The position numbers were made by a program, and so were the translations under genes. Below are positions 1-11,700 of a DNA stretch of 64,000 bases, piece after piece. Each line of letters opens with the position of its first letter. Position 1 is the first letter of the stretch. Location of the stretch: NCBI GenBank assembly GCA_002269645.1, contig NIVC01001159.1, positions 460,931 to 524,930 on the forward strand. Reading direction: 5' to 3'. Below the pieces are notes generated by a model. It had not been told where the DNA came from. It worked only from the letters and a program-made list of their open reading frames with translations, and did not search any database. This DNA is from Macrostomum lignano (Eukaryota).

Positions 1-275
1 CCCTTATCACTTGAATCAGCGCCCCTTAGCACCTGAATCAGCACTCCATAGCACCTGAATCAGCACTCCATAGCACCTGAATCAGCACTCCATAGCACCT
101 GAATCAGCGCCCCTTAGCACCTGAATCAGCGCCCCTTATCACCTGAATCAGCGCCCCTTAGCACCTGAATCAGCGACCCTTATCACCTGAATCAGCGACC
201 CTTATCACCTGAATCAGCGACCCTCAGCACCTGAATCAGCGACCCTCAGCACCTGAATCAGCATTCCCTAGCACC
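1..275. repeat. 22-bp minisatellite (GCACCTGAATCAGC core)
   Basis: Direct tandem copies, truncated by the window edge. Confidence 0.9.
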
Positions 276-391
276 AAACTCGGCGACCCATATCAAAGGA
301 TTTGCCCTGGATAGAAAGATTAAATTGCTTTTTCCTACTCTAAATCTGATCAAGGAGAAACAAAAATTCAGTTACATATTTTCAGTTTCAG

Positions 392-1571
392 CGCTTGTCA
401 GCAAAGGCGCCACTACTCGGGCGGCAGTGGAACTGTTGTTGTCAAGTCTGGCGCCGTCAGTGGCAGAGCAGCCGGGACAAAGCCAACGCCAATGCCCGGC
501 TGCGGATGCTGCGAATTCTGTCGCCGCTGCTCGACTGCGTCTGCCCCGCCGCCCTGGACATGAGCCGGCCGGAGGCGGAGCGCCGACAGGCATTGATTAG
601 CAGCGTGCTGGCAATACAGGTGAAATTTAAAGTCAGAATTCATTGTTTATTTAAGGTCAGGGTTTGGGGTTTATTAGAGGTCAGGGTTCGGGGTTTATTT
701 AAGGTTAGGATTCAGTATTTATTTAAGGTCGGGTTTCAGGGTTCATTTAAGGTCAGGTTTCAAGGTTCATTTAAGGTTAGGATTCAGCGTTTATTTAAGG
801 TCAGGTTTCAGGGTTTATTTAAGATCAGGTTTCAGGGTTCATTTAAGGTCAGGTTTCAAGGTTTATTTAAGGTCAGGTTTCAGGGTTTATTTAAGGTCAG
901 ATTTCAGGGTTTATTAAGGTCAGGTTTCAGGGTTCATTTAAGGTCACGTTTCAAGGTTCATATAAGGTCCCGTTTCAGGATTTAGAGTTCAGGATTCAGA
1001 AGGTCAGGATTCAGAGTTCAAGTCAAGGTCAGGATTCAGGTCAAGGTCAGGGTTCAGGTCAAGGTCAGGATTCAGAGTTCAGGTCAAGGTCAGGATTCAG
1101 GGTTCAGTAAGGTCAGGGTTCAGGTCAAGGTCAAGATTCAATTCCAGCAGAGCTCGTGTCCGCAAAGTTCGTGATAAAACGCTATCACTTCGCAGGCGCA
1201 GGCCATGATCTGCAACTCGCCGCCGCTGCAAGAGGTCGCCCCCGATCTCAACCGGTTCGACGAGGACGCCTGGCACGAGGCGCTATCGGCTACGGACTGT
1301 CTGGAGCTGCTGAACAATCTGCGATCGATTCGCCGGAGCCACGACGAGGACGACGCCGATGCGGCGGTCGGCGAAGAGGCCGAGTCGCCCAGCTTGGAGA
1401 CCCCCAAGGACTGGCAGGAGCGCCCGCCGCTGCTGTTGGACGCAACCTGGGAGGAGCAGCTCAGCTATGCGGATGTCTTCAGCGTGAGTAGCATGAGTCT
1501 GTCTGCCTGTCTGTCTGTCTGTCTGCCTGTCTGTCTGTCTGCCTGCCTGTCTGTCTGTCTGTCTGCCTGTG

Positions 1572-1644
<73 letters not shown>

Positions 1645-1711
1645 GCGTGTCTGTCTGTCTGCCTGCCTGTCTGTCTGCCTGTCTTTCTGTCTGTCTGTTT
1701 GTCTGTCTGCC

Positions 1712-1752
<41 letters not shown>

Positions 1753-1767
1753 GCCTGTCTGTCTGCC

Positions 1768-1800
<33 letters not shown>

Positions 1801-1851
1801 GCCTGTCTGTCTGTCTGCCTGCCTGTCTGCCTGTCTGTCTGTCTGTCTGCC

Positions 1852-1888
<37 letters not shown>

Positions 1889-2509
1889 GGCTGCCTGTCT
1901 GTCTGACTTCTTTCCTTCCACTTGCCAGCACTCCCAGAAGCATCTGCCAATCAGTTATCGAGTCTTCCCGGCCATCCTCACCACCCCCGCTCCCAGGTCG
2001 GCACGCAGCTCCGCCGCCTCCTCCGCTGCAACCGCCGGCACGGCCTGCCGTTCCTCCCGACCCTCTGCGGCCTGTCGCCTCACGGCCGACTCCAGCGCCG
2101 TCTCGACGGTGCGCTGCAGTCGCCGCCGCCGCCAGCCACAGAATTTGTTCGAACATCGCGTCCTTGGCGCGAGATGGCCCCGCCTGGCCGCGCTCTGATT
2201 TTCATCTCCCCGGACGCGATGAAGCTACTGACCTGCTGGAGGCCCGACGCTGTCTACGTGCTGCCCTGCGCTGTCAATCGGACCAGCGGTCTGAACCGGA
2301 CCTTGGCCCGCCAGGCCGTCCGCTCCGGCGCCCTCTGCGTTCGCCTGCCGCTTGACGCCTTGCCCAAAACGGTGCGGCCCGACCTGGAGGTCCTCGCCAG
2401 AGTTCTGCTAGCCATGCGCATCTCCCATGGTGCGCAGCAGGATTGGCGAATCATCTTGAACCGGCTGACAACCAGGCGTGACCCAAACTTCGATGCCGGC
2501 TTGGTCTGA
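392..2509 (+). CDS. TRMT10C: TRMT10C/MRPP1-like SPOUT tRNA m1R9 methyltransferase domain protein (mitochondrial RNase P subunit 1-like); exons 392-619, 1196-1483, 1997-2509; about 342 aa, no in-window ATG for the N-terminus
   Basis: All three exons join in phase 0 with GT..AG boundaries. Spliced protein PPLLLDATWEEQLSYADVFS|VGTQLRRLLRCNRRHGLPFLPTLCGL...LIFISPDA...PDAVYVLPCAVN...CVRLPLD...QDW aligns by eye with human TRMT10C as recalled (QPLVFDMAYE...SQL...WNRRNVDPFHIYFCNL...IYLTADS...DKVYVIGSFVD...CLPLD...GNW). The N-terminus is Arg-rich and presequence-like. Confidence 0.85.
622..1140. repeat. About 24-bp minisatellite (TTAAGGTCAGGTTTCAGGGTTTAT) filling TRMT10C intron 1
   Basis: Tandem copies start right after the donor at 620. 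Confidence 0.9.
1490..1906. repeat. (TGTC)n microsatellite with TGCC variants, TRMT10C intron 2
   Basis: Seen directly. Confidence 0.95.
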
Positions 2510-2539
2510 GTGCTCTTTATGCACTGCTGCGCCCATTGC

Positions 2540-2905
2540 CCAGTGTGCACCCAGCCTCTCCCCGCCACCACCCCAGCCCAATGTACACTCAGCCTCTCCC
2601 CACCTCCACCGCAGCCCAGTGTACACTCAGCCTCTCCCCACCTCCACCCCAGCCCAGTGTACACTCAGCCTCTCCCCACCTCCACCGCAGCCCAGTGTAC
2701 ACTCAGCCTCTCCCCGCCGCCACCACCCCAGCCCAGTGTACACTCAGCCTCTCCCCGCCACCACCCCAGCCCAGTGTACACTCAACCTCTCCCCGCCACC
2801 ACCCCAGCCCAGTGTACACTCAACCTCTCCCCGCCGCCACCACCCCAGCCCAGTGTACACTCAACCTCTCCCAGCCACCAACCCCAGCCCAGTGTACACC
2901 ATCCC
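2540..2905. repeat. About 38-41-bp C-rich minisatellite (CCCAGTGTACACTC core) in the TRMT10C 3'UTR
   Basis: About nine tandem copies. Confidence 0.9.
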
Positions 2906-3024
2906 AGTCTAATCTATCTAATACAGCATTTTTATTATTAAAGAATCGCGTTCTATTCGGGATTTGTGTACTTTTCATCAACAAGTGAAGTGTTCGCCTT
3001 TGGTTTGACTGATTAACTGTTGAA

Positions 3025-3030
3025 AATAAA
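3025..3030 (+). terminator. Candidate polyadenylation signal (AATAAA) of the TRMT10C-like gene
   Basis: First AATAAA after the stop at 2509 and the 3'UTR repeat, followed by T-rich sequence. Confidence 0.5.
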
Positions 3031-3240
3031 TGGCGCTATTTTCATTTGCGAATGCTAGTTTTAGAGTGCATAATTTTTAACATATTTGAAAAATTTTTGC
3101 CTTTTTTACATAATTTTACTTGTATTTAGATTATCTTTTAGCTTAATAAAATGCTAGAAAATGTTTATGCATTTCCGATATTGATCAAAAATACTGTAAC
3201 TTTACTGGGCTAGAATTATTTTCCGATTAGAAATATAATG

Positions 3241-6200
3241 AATCTACTAGTACGTCCCTCCGATATGTATCGAATGTATAAAAAGTCTACTAGTACGTCC
3301 CTCCGATATGTATCGAATGTATAAAAAATCTACTAGTATTTCCCTCCGATATGTATCGAATGTATAAAAAATCTACTAGTACGTCCCTCCGATATGTATC
3401 GAAAGTATAAAAAATCTACAAGTATTTCCTTCCGATATGTATCGAAAGTATAAAAAATCTACTAGTATTTCCCTTCGATATGTATCGAAAGTATAAAAAA
3501 TCTACTAGTATTTCCCTCCGATATGTATCGAATGTATAAAAAATCTACTAGTATTTCCCTCCGATATGTATCGAATGTATAAAAAATCTACTAGTACGTC
3601 CCTCCGATATGTATCGAATGTATAAAAAATCTACTAGTATTTCCCTCCGATATGTATCGAATGTATAAAAAATCTACTAGTATTTCCCTCCGATATGTAT
3701 CGAATGTATAAAAAATCTACTAGTATTTCCCTCCGATATGTATCGAAAGTATAAAAAATCTACTAGTACGTCCCTCCGATATGTATCGAAAGTATAAAAA
3801 ATCTACTAGTATTTCCCTCCGATATGTATCGAATGTATAAAAAATCTACTAGTACGTCCCTCCGATATGTATCGAAAGTGTAAAAAATCTACTAGTATTT
3901 CCCTCCGATATGTATCGAATGTATAAAAAATCTACTAGTATTTCCCTCCGATATGTATCGAATGTATAAAAAATCTAGTTTTTCCCTCCGATATGTATCG
4001 AATGTATAAAAAATCTACTAGTACGTCCCTCCGATATGTATCGAAAGTATAAAAAATCTACTAGTATTTCCCTCCGATATGTATCGAAAGTATAAAAAAT
4101 CTACTAGTATTTCCCTCTGATATGTATCGAATGTATAAAAAATCTACTAGTACGTCCCTCCGATATGTATCGAAAGTATAAAAAATCTACTAGTATTTCC
4201 CTCCGATATGTATCAAATGTATAAAAAATCTACTAGTATTTCCCTCCGATATGTATCGAATGTATAAAAAATCTACTAGTATTTCCCTCCGATATGTATC
4301 GAAAGTATAAAAAATCTACTAGTACGTCCCTCCGATATGTATCGAATGTATAAAAAATCTACTAGTATTTCCCTCCGATATGTATCGAATGTATAAAAAG
4401 TCTACTAGTACGTCCCTCCGATATGTATCGAATGTATAAAAAATCTACTAGTATTTCCCTCCGATATGTATCGAATGTATAAAAAATCTACTAGTATTTC
4501 CCTCCGATATGTATCGAAAGTATAAAAAATCTACTAGTACGTCCCTCCGATATGTATCGAAAGTATAAAAAGTCTACTAGTACGTCCCTCCGATATGTAT
4601 CGAAAGTATAAAAAATCTACTAGTATTTCCCTCCGATATGTATCGAAAGTATAAAAAATCTACTAGTATTTCCCTCCGATATGTATCGAATGTATAAAAA
4701 ATCTACTAGTATTTCCCTCCGATATGTATCTAATGTATAAAAAATCTACTAGTATTTCCCTCCGATATGTATCGAATGTATAAAAAATCTACTAGTATTT
4801 CTCTCCGATATGTATCGAATGTATAAAAAATCTACTAGTATTTCTCTCCGATATGTATCGAATGTATAAAAAATCTACTAGTATTTCCCTCCGATATGTA
4901 TCGAATGTATAAAAAATCTACTAGTATTTCCCTCCGATATGTATCGAATGTATAAAAAATCTACTAGTATTTCCCTCCGATATGTATCGAATGTATAAAA
5001 AATCTACTAGTACGTCCCTTCGATATGTATCGAAAGTATAAAAAATCTACTAGTATTTCCCTCCGATATGTATCGAAAGTATAAAAAATCTACTAGTATT
5101 TCCCTCCGATATGTATCGAAAGTATAAAAAATCTACTAGTATTTCCCTCCGATATGTATCGAATGTATAAAAAATCTACTAGTATTTCCCTCCGATATGT
5201 ATCGAAAGTATAAAAAATCTACTAGTATTTCCCTCCGATATGTATCGAATGTATAAAAAATCTAGTTTTTCCCTCTGATATGTATCGAATGTATAAAAAA
5301 TCTACTAGTACGTCCCTCCGATATGTCTCGAAAGTATAAAAAATCTACTAGTACGTCCCTCCGATATGTATCGAATGTATAAAAAATCTACTAGTATTTC
5401 CCTCCGATATGTATCGAAAGTCTAAAAAATCTACTAGTACTTCTTTTCCGATATGTATCGAAAGTATAAAAAATCTACTAGTATTTCCCTCCGATATGTA
5501 TCGAATGTATAAAAAAATCTACTAGTACGTCCCTCCGATATGTATCGAAAGTATAAAAAGTCTACTAGTACGTCCCTCCGATATGTATCGAATGTATAAA
5601 AAATCTACTAGTATTTCCCTCCGATATGTATCGAATGTATAAAAAATCTACTAGTATTTCCCTCCGATATGTATCGAATGTATAAAAAATCTACTAGTAC
5701 GTCCCTCCGATATGTATCGAAAGTATAAAAAATCTACTAGTACGTCCCTCCGATATGTATCGAATGTATAAAAAATCTACTAGTATTTCCCTCCGATATG
5801 TATCGAATGTATAAAAAATCTACTAGTACGTCCCTCCGATATGTATCGAAAGTATAAAAAGTCTACTAGTACGTCCCTCCGATATGTATCGAATGTATAA
5901 AAAATCTACTAGTATTTCCCTCCGATATGTATCGAATGTATAAAAAATCTACTAGTATTTCCCTCCGATATGTATCGAATGTATAAAAAGTCTACTAGTA
6001 TTTCCCTCCGATATGTATCGAAAGTATAAAAAATCTACTAGTACTTCCCTCCGATATGTATCGAAAGTATAAAAAATCTACTAGTACGTCCCTCCGATAT
6101 GTATCGAATGTATAAAAAGTCTACTAGTACGTCCCTCCGATATGTATCGAATGTATAAAAAATCTACTAGTACGTCCCTCCGATATGTCTCGAAAGTATA

Positions 6201-7119
6201 AAAAATCTACTAGTACGTCCCTCCGATATGTATCGAATGTATAAAAAATCTACTAGTATTTCCCTCCGATATGTATCGAAAGTCTAAAAAATCTACTAGT
6301 ACTTCTTTTCCGATATGTATCGAAAGTATAAAAAATCTACTAGTATTTCCCTCCGATATGTATCGAAAGTATAAAAAATCTACTAGTATTTCCCTCCGAT
6401 ATGTATCGAAAGTATAAAAAATCTACTAGTATTTCCCTTCGATATGTATCGAATGTATAAAAAATCTACTAGTACGTCCCTCCGATATGTATCGAAAGTA
6501 TAAAAAATCTACTAGTACGTCCCTCCGATATGTATCGAATGTATAAAAAGTCTACTAGTACGTCCCTCCGATATGTATCGAATGTATAAAAAATCTACTA
6601 GTATTTCCCTCCGATATGTATCGAAAGTCTAAAAAATCTACTAGTACTTCTTTTCCGATATGTATCGAATGTATAAAAAATCTACTAGTATTTCCCTCCG
6701 ATATGTATCGAATGTATAAAAAGTCTACTAGTACGTCCCTCCGATATGTATCGAATGTATAAAAAATCTACTAGTATTTCCCTCCGATATGTATCGAATG
6801 TATAAAAAATCTACTAGTACGTCCCTCCGATATGTATCGAATGTATAAAAAATCTACTAGTATTTCCCTCCGATATGTATCGAATGTATAAAAAATCTGC
6901 TAGTATTTCCCTCCGATATGTATCGAAAGTATAAAAAATCTACTAGTACGTCCCTCTGATATGTATCGAAAGTATAAAAAATCTACTAGTATTTCCCTCC
7001 GATATGTATCGAATGTATAAAAAGTCTACTAGTATTTCCCTCCGATATGTATCGAAAGTATAAAAAATCTACTAGTACTTCCCTCCGATATGTATCGAAA
7101 GTATAAAAAATCTACTAGT
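3241..7119. repeat. 43-bp satellite array, about 90 copies (TCTACTAGTATTTCCCTCCGATATGTATCGAATGTATAAAAAA)
   Basis: Period 43 measured directly (3243 to 3286); homogeneous with a few recurrent variants. Confidence 0.97.
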
Positions 7120-7150
7120 AATTCGCTTTCTCTCGCAATTCGAACTTCAG

Positions 7151-7564
7151 TCGGACCCGCTTGACAACGACGAGCGCCGGCCGGGAGTTGCGCCCGCCCT
7201 GCTGCTCGTCGGCACGGCGCTCACCTCAGCCGGCGCCGGTTTCGGCGCCACGGTCGCTTTGTCCCGGCGCAGGGAAGCCGCCGCTAGCGGCAGCGCCGGT
7301 GCCAGCCTTCGACACGGCGCCGACGGTACTCGCCTGGCGCTGCGCGCCCTCGGCTGGGGCAGCGCCGCCGCATTTGTTGGCGTCTCGGTCGTCACTGCCG
7401 CCTCCCTTGCCCTGGCTGGAGTTCGCAGCCTCACCGATCTGCGCGTTCCAGCGTCGCCCGCTTCGCCGAGCGGCGGTCGACGGGACTTCAAAACTGTTCG
7501 AGAGCTGGTGGACTTCCTGCTGAGCGAGGATGCCAGGATGGGCGGACTCGGGACAGATAGCTGA
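7151..7564 (+). CDS. TMEM242: TMEM242 homolog (mitochondrial membrane protein, ATP synthase c-ring assembly factor family); 137 codons following an AG acceptor at 7149-7150, no 5' ATG
   Basis: Open frame SDPLDNDERRPGVAPALLLVGTALTSAGAGFGATVALSRRR...LALRALGWGSAAAFVGVSVVTAASLALAGVRSLTDLR contains the family motif LALRALGWGS and two hydrophobic segments. Length is close to the human protein. Confidence 0.88.
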   Translation, partial: SDPLDNDERRPGVAPALLLVGTALTSAGAGFGATVALSRRREAAASGSAGASLRHGADGTRLALRALGWGSAAAFVGVSVVTAASLALAGVRSLTDLRVPASPASPSGGRRDFKTVRELVDFLLSEDARMGGLGTDS

Positions 7565-7589
7565 ATCACTGCCACATCTGCGACTTTGG

Positions 7590-8412
7590 GTGCTTCACAT
7601 GTGTGTGTTTCACCTGTGTGTGTTTCACCTGTGTGTGTTTCACCTGTGTGTGTTTCACCTGTGTGTGTTTCACCTGTGTGTGTGTTTCACCTGTGTGTGT
7701 TTCACATGTGTGTTTCACCTGTGTGTGTTTCACCTGTGTGTGCTTCACCTGTGTGTGTTTCACCTGTGTGCGTTTCACCTGTGTGTGTTTCACCTGTGTG
7801 TGTTTCACCTGTGTGTGTTTCACCTGTGTGTGTTTCACATGTGTGTGTTTCACCTGTGTGTGTTTCACCTGTGTGTGTTTCACCTGTGTGTGTTTCACCT
7901 GTGTGTGTTTCACCTGTGTGTGTTTCACCTGTGTGTGTTTCACCTGTGTGTGTTTCACATGTGTGTTTCACCTGTGTGTGTTTCACCTGTGTGTGCTTCA
8001 CCTGTGTGTGTTTCACATGTGTGTGTTTCACCTGTGTGTGTTTCACCTGTGTGTGTTTCACCTGTGTGTGTTTCACCTGTGTGTGTTTTACCTGTGTGTG
8101 TTTCACCTGTGTGTGTTTCACCTGTATGTGTTTCACATGTGTGTGTTTCACCTGTGTGTGTTTCACCTGTGTGTGTTTCACCTGTGTGTGTTTTACCTGT
8201 GTGTGTTTCACCTGTGTGTGTTTTACCTGTGTGTGTTTTACCTGTGTGTGTTTCACCTGTGTGTGTTTCACATGTGTGTGTTTCACCTGTGTGTGTTTCA
8301 CCTGTGTGTGTTTTACCTGTGTGTGTTTCACCTGTGTGTGTTTTACCTGTGTGTGTTTCACCTGTGTGTGTTTCACCTGTGTGTGTTTCACCTGTATGTT
8401 TCACCTGTATGT
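7590..8412. repeat. 15-bp minisatellite (TTTCACCTGTGTGTG) in the TMEM242 3'UTR
   Basis: Seen directly. Confidence 0.95.
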
Positions 8413-8518
8413 TTAACAGTCTTTTCAGCTGTCCCTTCATGCCTGTTTGTTTGTTATACTGTTTTACTGTCATTCAGGCTTTTATAAACCAGCTTGCATA
8501 AAGATTATTTTCGTGTAA

Positions 8519-8524
8519 AATAAA
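8519..8524 (+). terminator. Candidate polyadenylation signal (AATAAA) of TMEM242
   Basis: AATAAA after the 15-bp repeat in the 3'UTR, about 185 nt before the next acceptor-like site at 8709. Confidence 0.5.
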
Positions 8525-8726
8525 ACAATGAATACTGAATATTGAAGCAGCATTTATTATCACACAAAATATGTACGAAGTGGCACATTTTTATTGTTTC
8601 TGGGAGTTTCAATTAATTTGTTATACTTTTTAAAAGAATTCAATGATCTGAATAAAATAGCTTCTACGGACTACTTGCAGTAGATAATGCGAATATCGTG
8701 CTGTTTCAGTTCCAAACGTTTCGAAA

Positions 8727-11700
8727 ATGCTCGCAATCTTAACTGAAGTGGTCTGCCTGCTCTGCCAGATTGTGGCTGACATCGCCAAGAGCGCCTACAA
8801 CAATTTCACCCCAGCCTCCTGGCGCAGCAAAAACATCTCCGGCCAGACAGCCGTGGTTACTGGCGCTGGTAAGCGGCGGGTTTTACAAAGGAGTTACAAA
8901 GTGATTTTCTCGTACTTTTCAATCTGACTAACTGCCTACTCATAGTAGCTCCTTTCAATTTAGCCTGTGCCGGCTTTAAAATTAAGCGGCTATACTTAAA
9001 AGTTTATTGTTATTGTTCTAATCTACCGGTATTTTCTTTCAGATATGTATCGAAAGTAAAATATATCTACAATAAAGTATTTCCTGCCGATATGTATCGA
9101 GAGTATAATAAATCTACTAGTGTTTTCTTCCGATATGTAAATTTTGTAATTTTATATGTAAATTTTTACATGTAAATTTCAAAACGGATATTCCAACTCG
9201 CAAAAGACCATAGCATCTGAGTTCACTACTCTGTCAGCTGGTCGATTTTTTATGTAACTATCAGTTTGTAATATTTTTGCATATCGTTATATTGCTACTC
9301 TTAAGTAGGCGATTAAATATCACACATAAAACACAACATCTCTGGAACCGTCATCAGCCAGCGGCCTCGGCCGTCTGCTGGCCATCCGGCTGTCCGGCCT
9401 CGGCTGCCGCCTCGTCCTCATCGACATCTCGACCGGCGTTGACGACGTGGCCGCCGAGTGCCGCTCGGCCGGCTCGCCAAAAGTGCAGGCGTACCAATGC
9501 GACCTGAGCTCGCGCGAGGTCATCTACGCCACCTGCGAGCGCCTGCTTGCCGACTTCGGCCAGCGCGTCGACATTCTCGTCAACAACGCCGGCGTCGTCA
9601 CTGGCCGGCCGTTTCTGGACTGTCCGGACGCCATGATTCGGCGAACCATGGCGGTGAACATCGAGGCTCATTTCTGGCTTTGCAAAGCTCTGCTGCCCGG
9701 CATGATCGAGCGGAACTGCGGCCACGTTGTCACCGTGGCCTCGGGCGCCGGCCAGGTGAGACCAGCATTGCTCAGCCCCCCCCCGATCCTTCAGTGACTG
9801 CAACCGCCACCTCAGCCCCCCCCTGATCCTTCAGTGGCTGCCACCGCCACCTCAGCCCCCCCCCTGATCCTTCAGTGGCTGCCACCGCCACCTCAGCCCC
9901 CCCCCCTGATCCTTCAGTGACTGCCACTGCCACCTCAGCCCCCCCCCCGATCCTTCAGTGGCTGCCACCGCCACTTCAGCCCCCCCCCTGATCCTTCAGT
10001 AGCTGCCACCGCCACCTCATCCCCTCTGATCCTTCAGTAGCTGCCACCGCCACCTCAGCCCCCCCCCTGATCCTTCAGTGGCTGCTACCGCCACCTCAGC
10101 CCCCCCCCTGATCCTTCAGTAGCTGCCACCGCCACCTCATCCCCCCTGATCCTTCAGTAGCTGCCACCGCCACCTCAGCCCCCTCCCCCTGATCCTTCAG
10201 TGGCTGCCACCGCCACCTCAGCCCCCCCCCGATCTTTCAGTGGCTGCCACTGCCACCTCAGCCCCCCCCTGATCCTTCAGTGGCTGCCACTGCCACCTCA
10301 GCCCCCCCCCTGATCCTTCAGTGGCTGCCACCGCCACCTCAGCCCCCCATCCTTCAGTGGCCACCCCGATCCCTCAGTCCCTGACCAGCGCTGACCAATG
10401 CTCGCCAACCATGCTCACTCCACAGCTCGGGGTGCCCAGCCTCTCTGACTACTGTGCCAGCAAGTTCGCCGCGGTTGGCTTCGACGAATCATTGAAATTC
10501 GAGCTGGCCTCCCGCGGCAACGGCGGGGTGCGCACCACCTGCGTGTGCCCCTACTACATTAACACCGGCATGTTCGATGGCGTGGTCAGCCGCTTCCCCC
10601 GGCTGCTGCCCGTGATGAATCCCGACTATGTGATTGACAAGATGGTGCAAGCAATCCTCACCAACCAGGAGCTACTGGTGCTGCCGCGGCTGCTCTATTA
10701 TACCAATATCATTCACAAGTGAGTCCAGGGTCTGCTTAGATCACAGTGGGCTCTCTGATTGTATCGTCTGGATGGGAAACCTCCCAGATCCTCAGTTGCT
10801 GGGCCAGCCTCCCAGATCCTCAGTTGCTGGGCCAGCCTCCCAGATCCTCAGTTGCTGGGCCAGCCTCCCAGATCCTCAGTTGCTGGTCGAGCCTCCCAGA
10901 TCCTCAGTTTCTGGGCCAGCCTTCCAGATCCTCAGTTGCTGGGCCAGCCTCCCAGATCCTCAGTTGCTGGGCCAGCCTCCCAGATCCTCAGTTGCTGGGC
11001 CAGGCACCCAGAGTGTCAGTTGCTGGGTCAGCCTTCCAGATCCTCAGTTGCTGGTCGAGCCTCCCAGATCCTCAGTTGCTGGGCCAGCCTCTCAGATCCT
11101 CAGTTGCTAGGCCAGCCTCCCAGAGCCTCAGTTGCTGGGCCAGCCTCCCAGATCCTCAGTTTCTGGGCCAGCCTTCCAGATCCTCAGTTGCTGGGCCAGC
11201 CTCCCAGAGTGTCAGTTGCTGGGCCAGCCTCCCAGAGTGTCAGTTGCTGGGTCAGCCTTCCAGATCCTCAGTTGCTGGTCGAGCCTCCCAGATCCTCAGT
11301 TGCTGGGCCAGCCTCTCAGATCCTCAGTTGCTAGGCCAGCCTCCCAGAGTGTCAGTTTCTGGGCCAGCCTCCCAGATCCTCAGTTTCTGGGCCAGCCTTC
11401 CAGATCCTCAGTTGCTGGGCCAGCCTCCCAGATCCTCAGTTGCTGGGCCAGCCTTCCAGATCCTCAGTTGCTAGGCCAGCCTCCCAGAGTGTCAGTTGCT
11501 GGGCCAGCCTCCCAGATCCTCAGTTGCTGAGACGCCACCTACCGATGCCCCAGCTCGTCGGCCTCAAGTAGAGTTGTAGTCGTCGCAGTTATTTAGCTTT
11601 CAGAGGGCTTTAGGCCCTGCTGCGAACCAATGCTCGGAGGCAGGCAATCCTGCCCATATCGCTGACTCCAGAGCAGGCACTCATACAGAGTGCACAGCTG

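Noticed and set aside
3030-3065. ATGGCG at 3030 as a cis start exon for TMEM242
   Set aside because: It overlaps the upstream poly(A) signal and the only phase-0 donor (AGA|GTGCAT) is a poor match to consensus. Kept only as the alternative hypothesis.
3241-7119. CRISPR-like appearance of the 43-bp palindromic repeat
   Set aside because: Units are contiguous with no unique spacers, there are no cas genes, and the context is eukaryotic.
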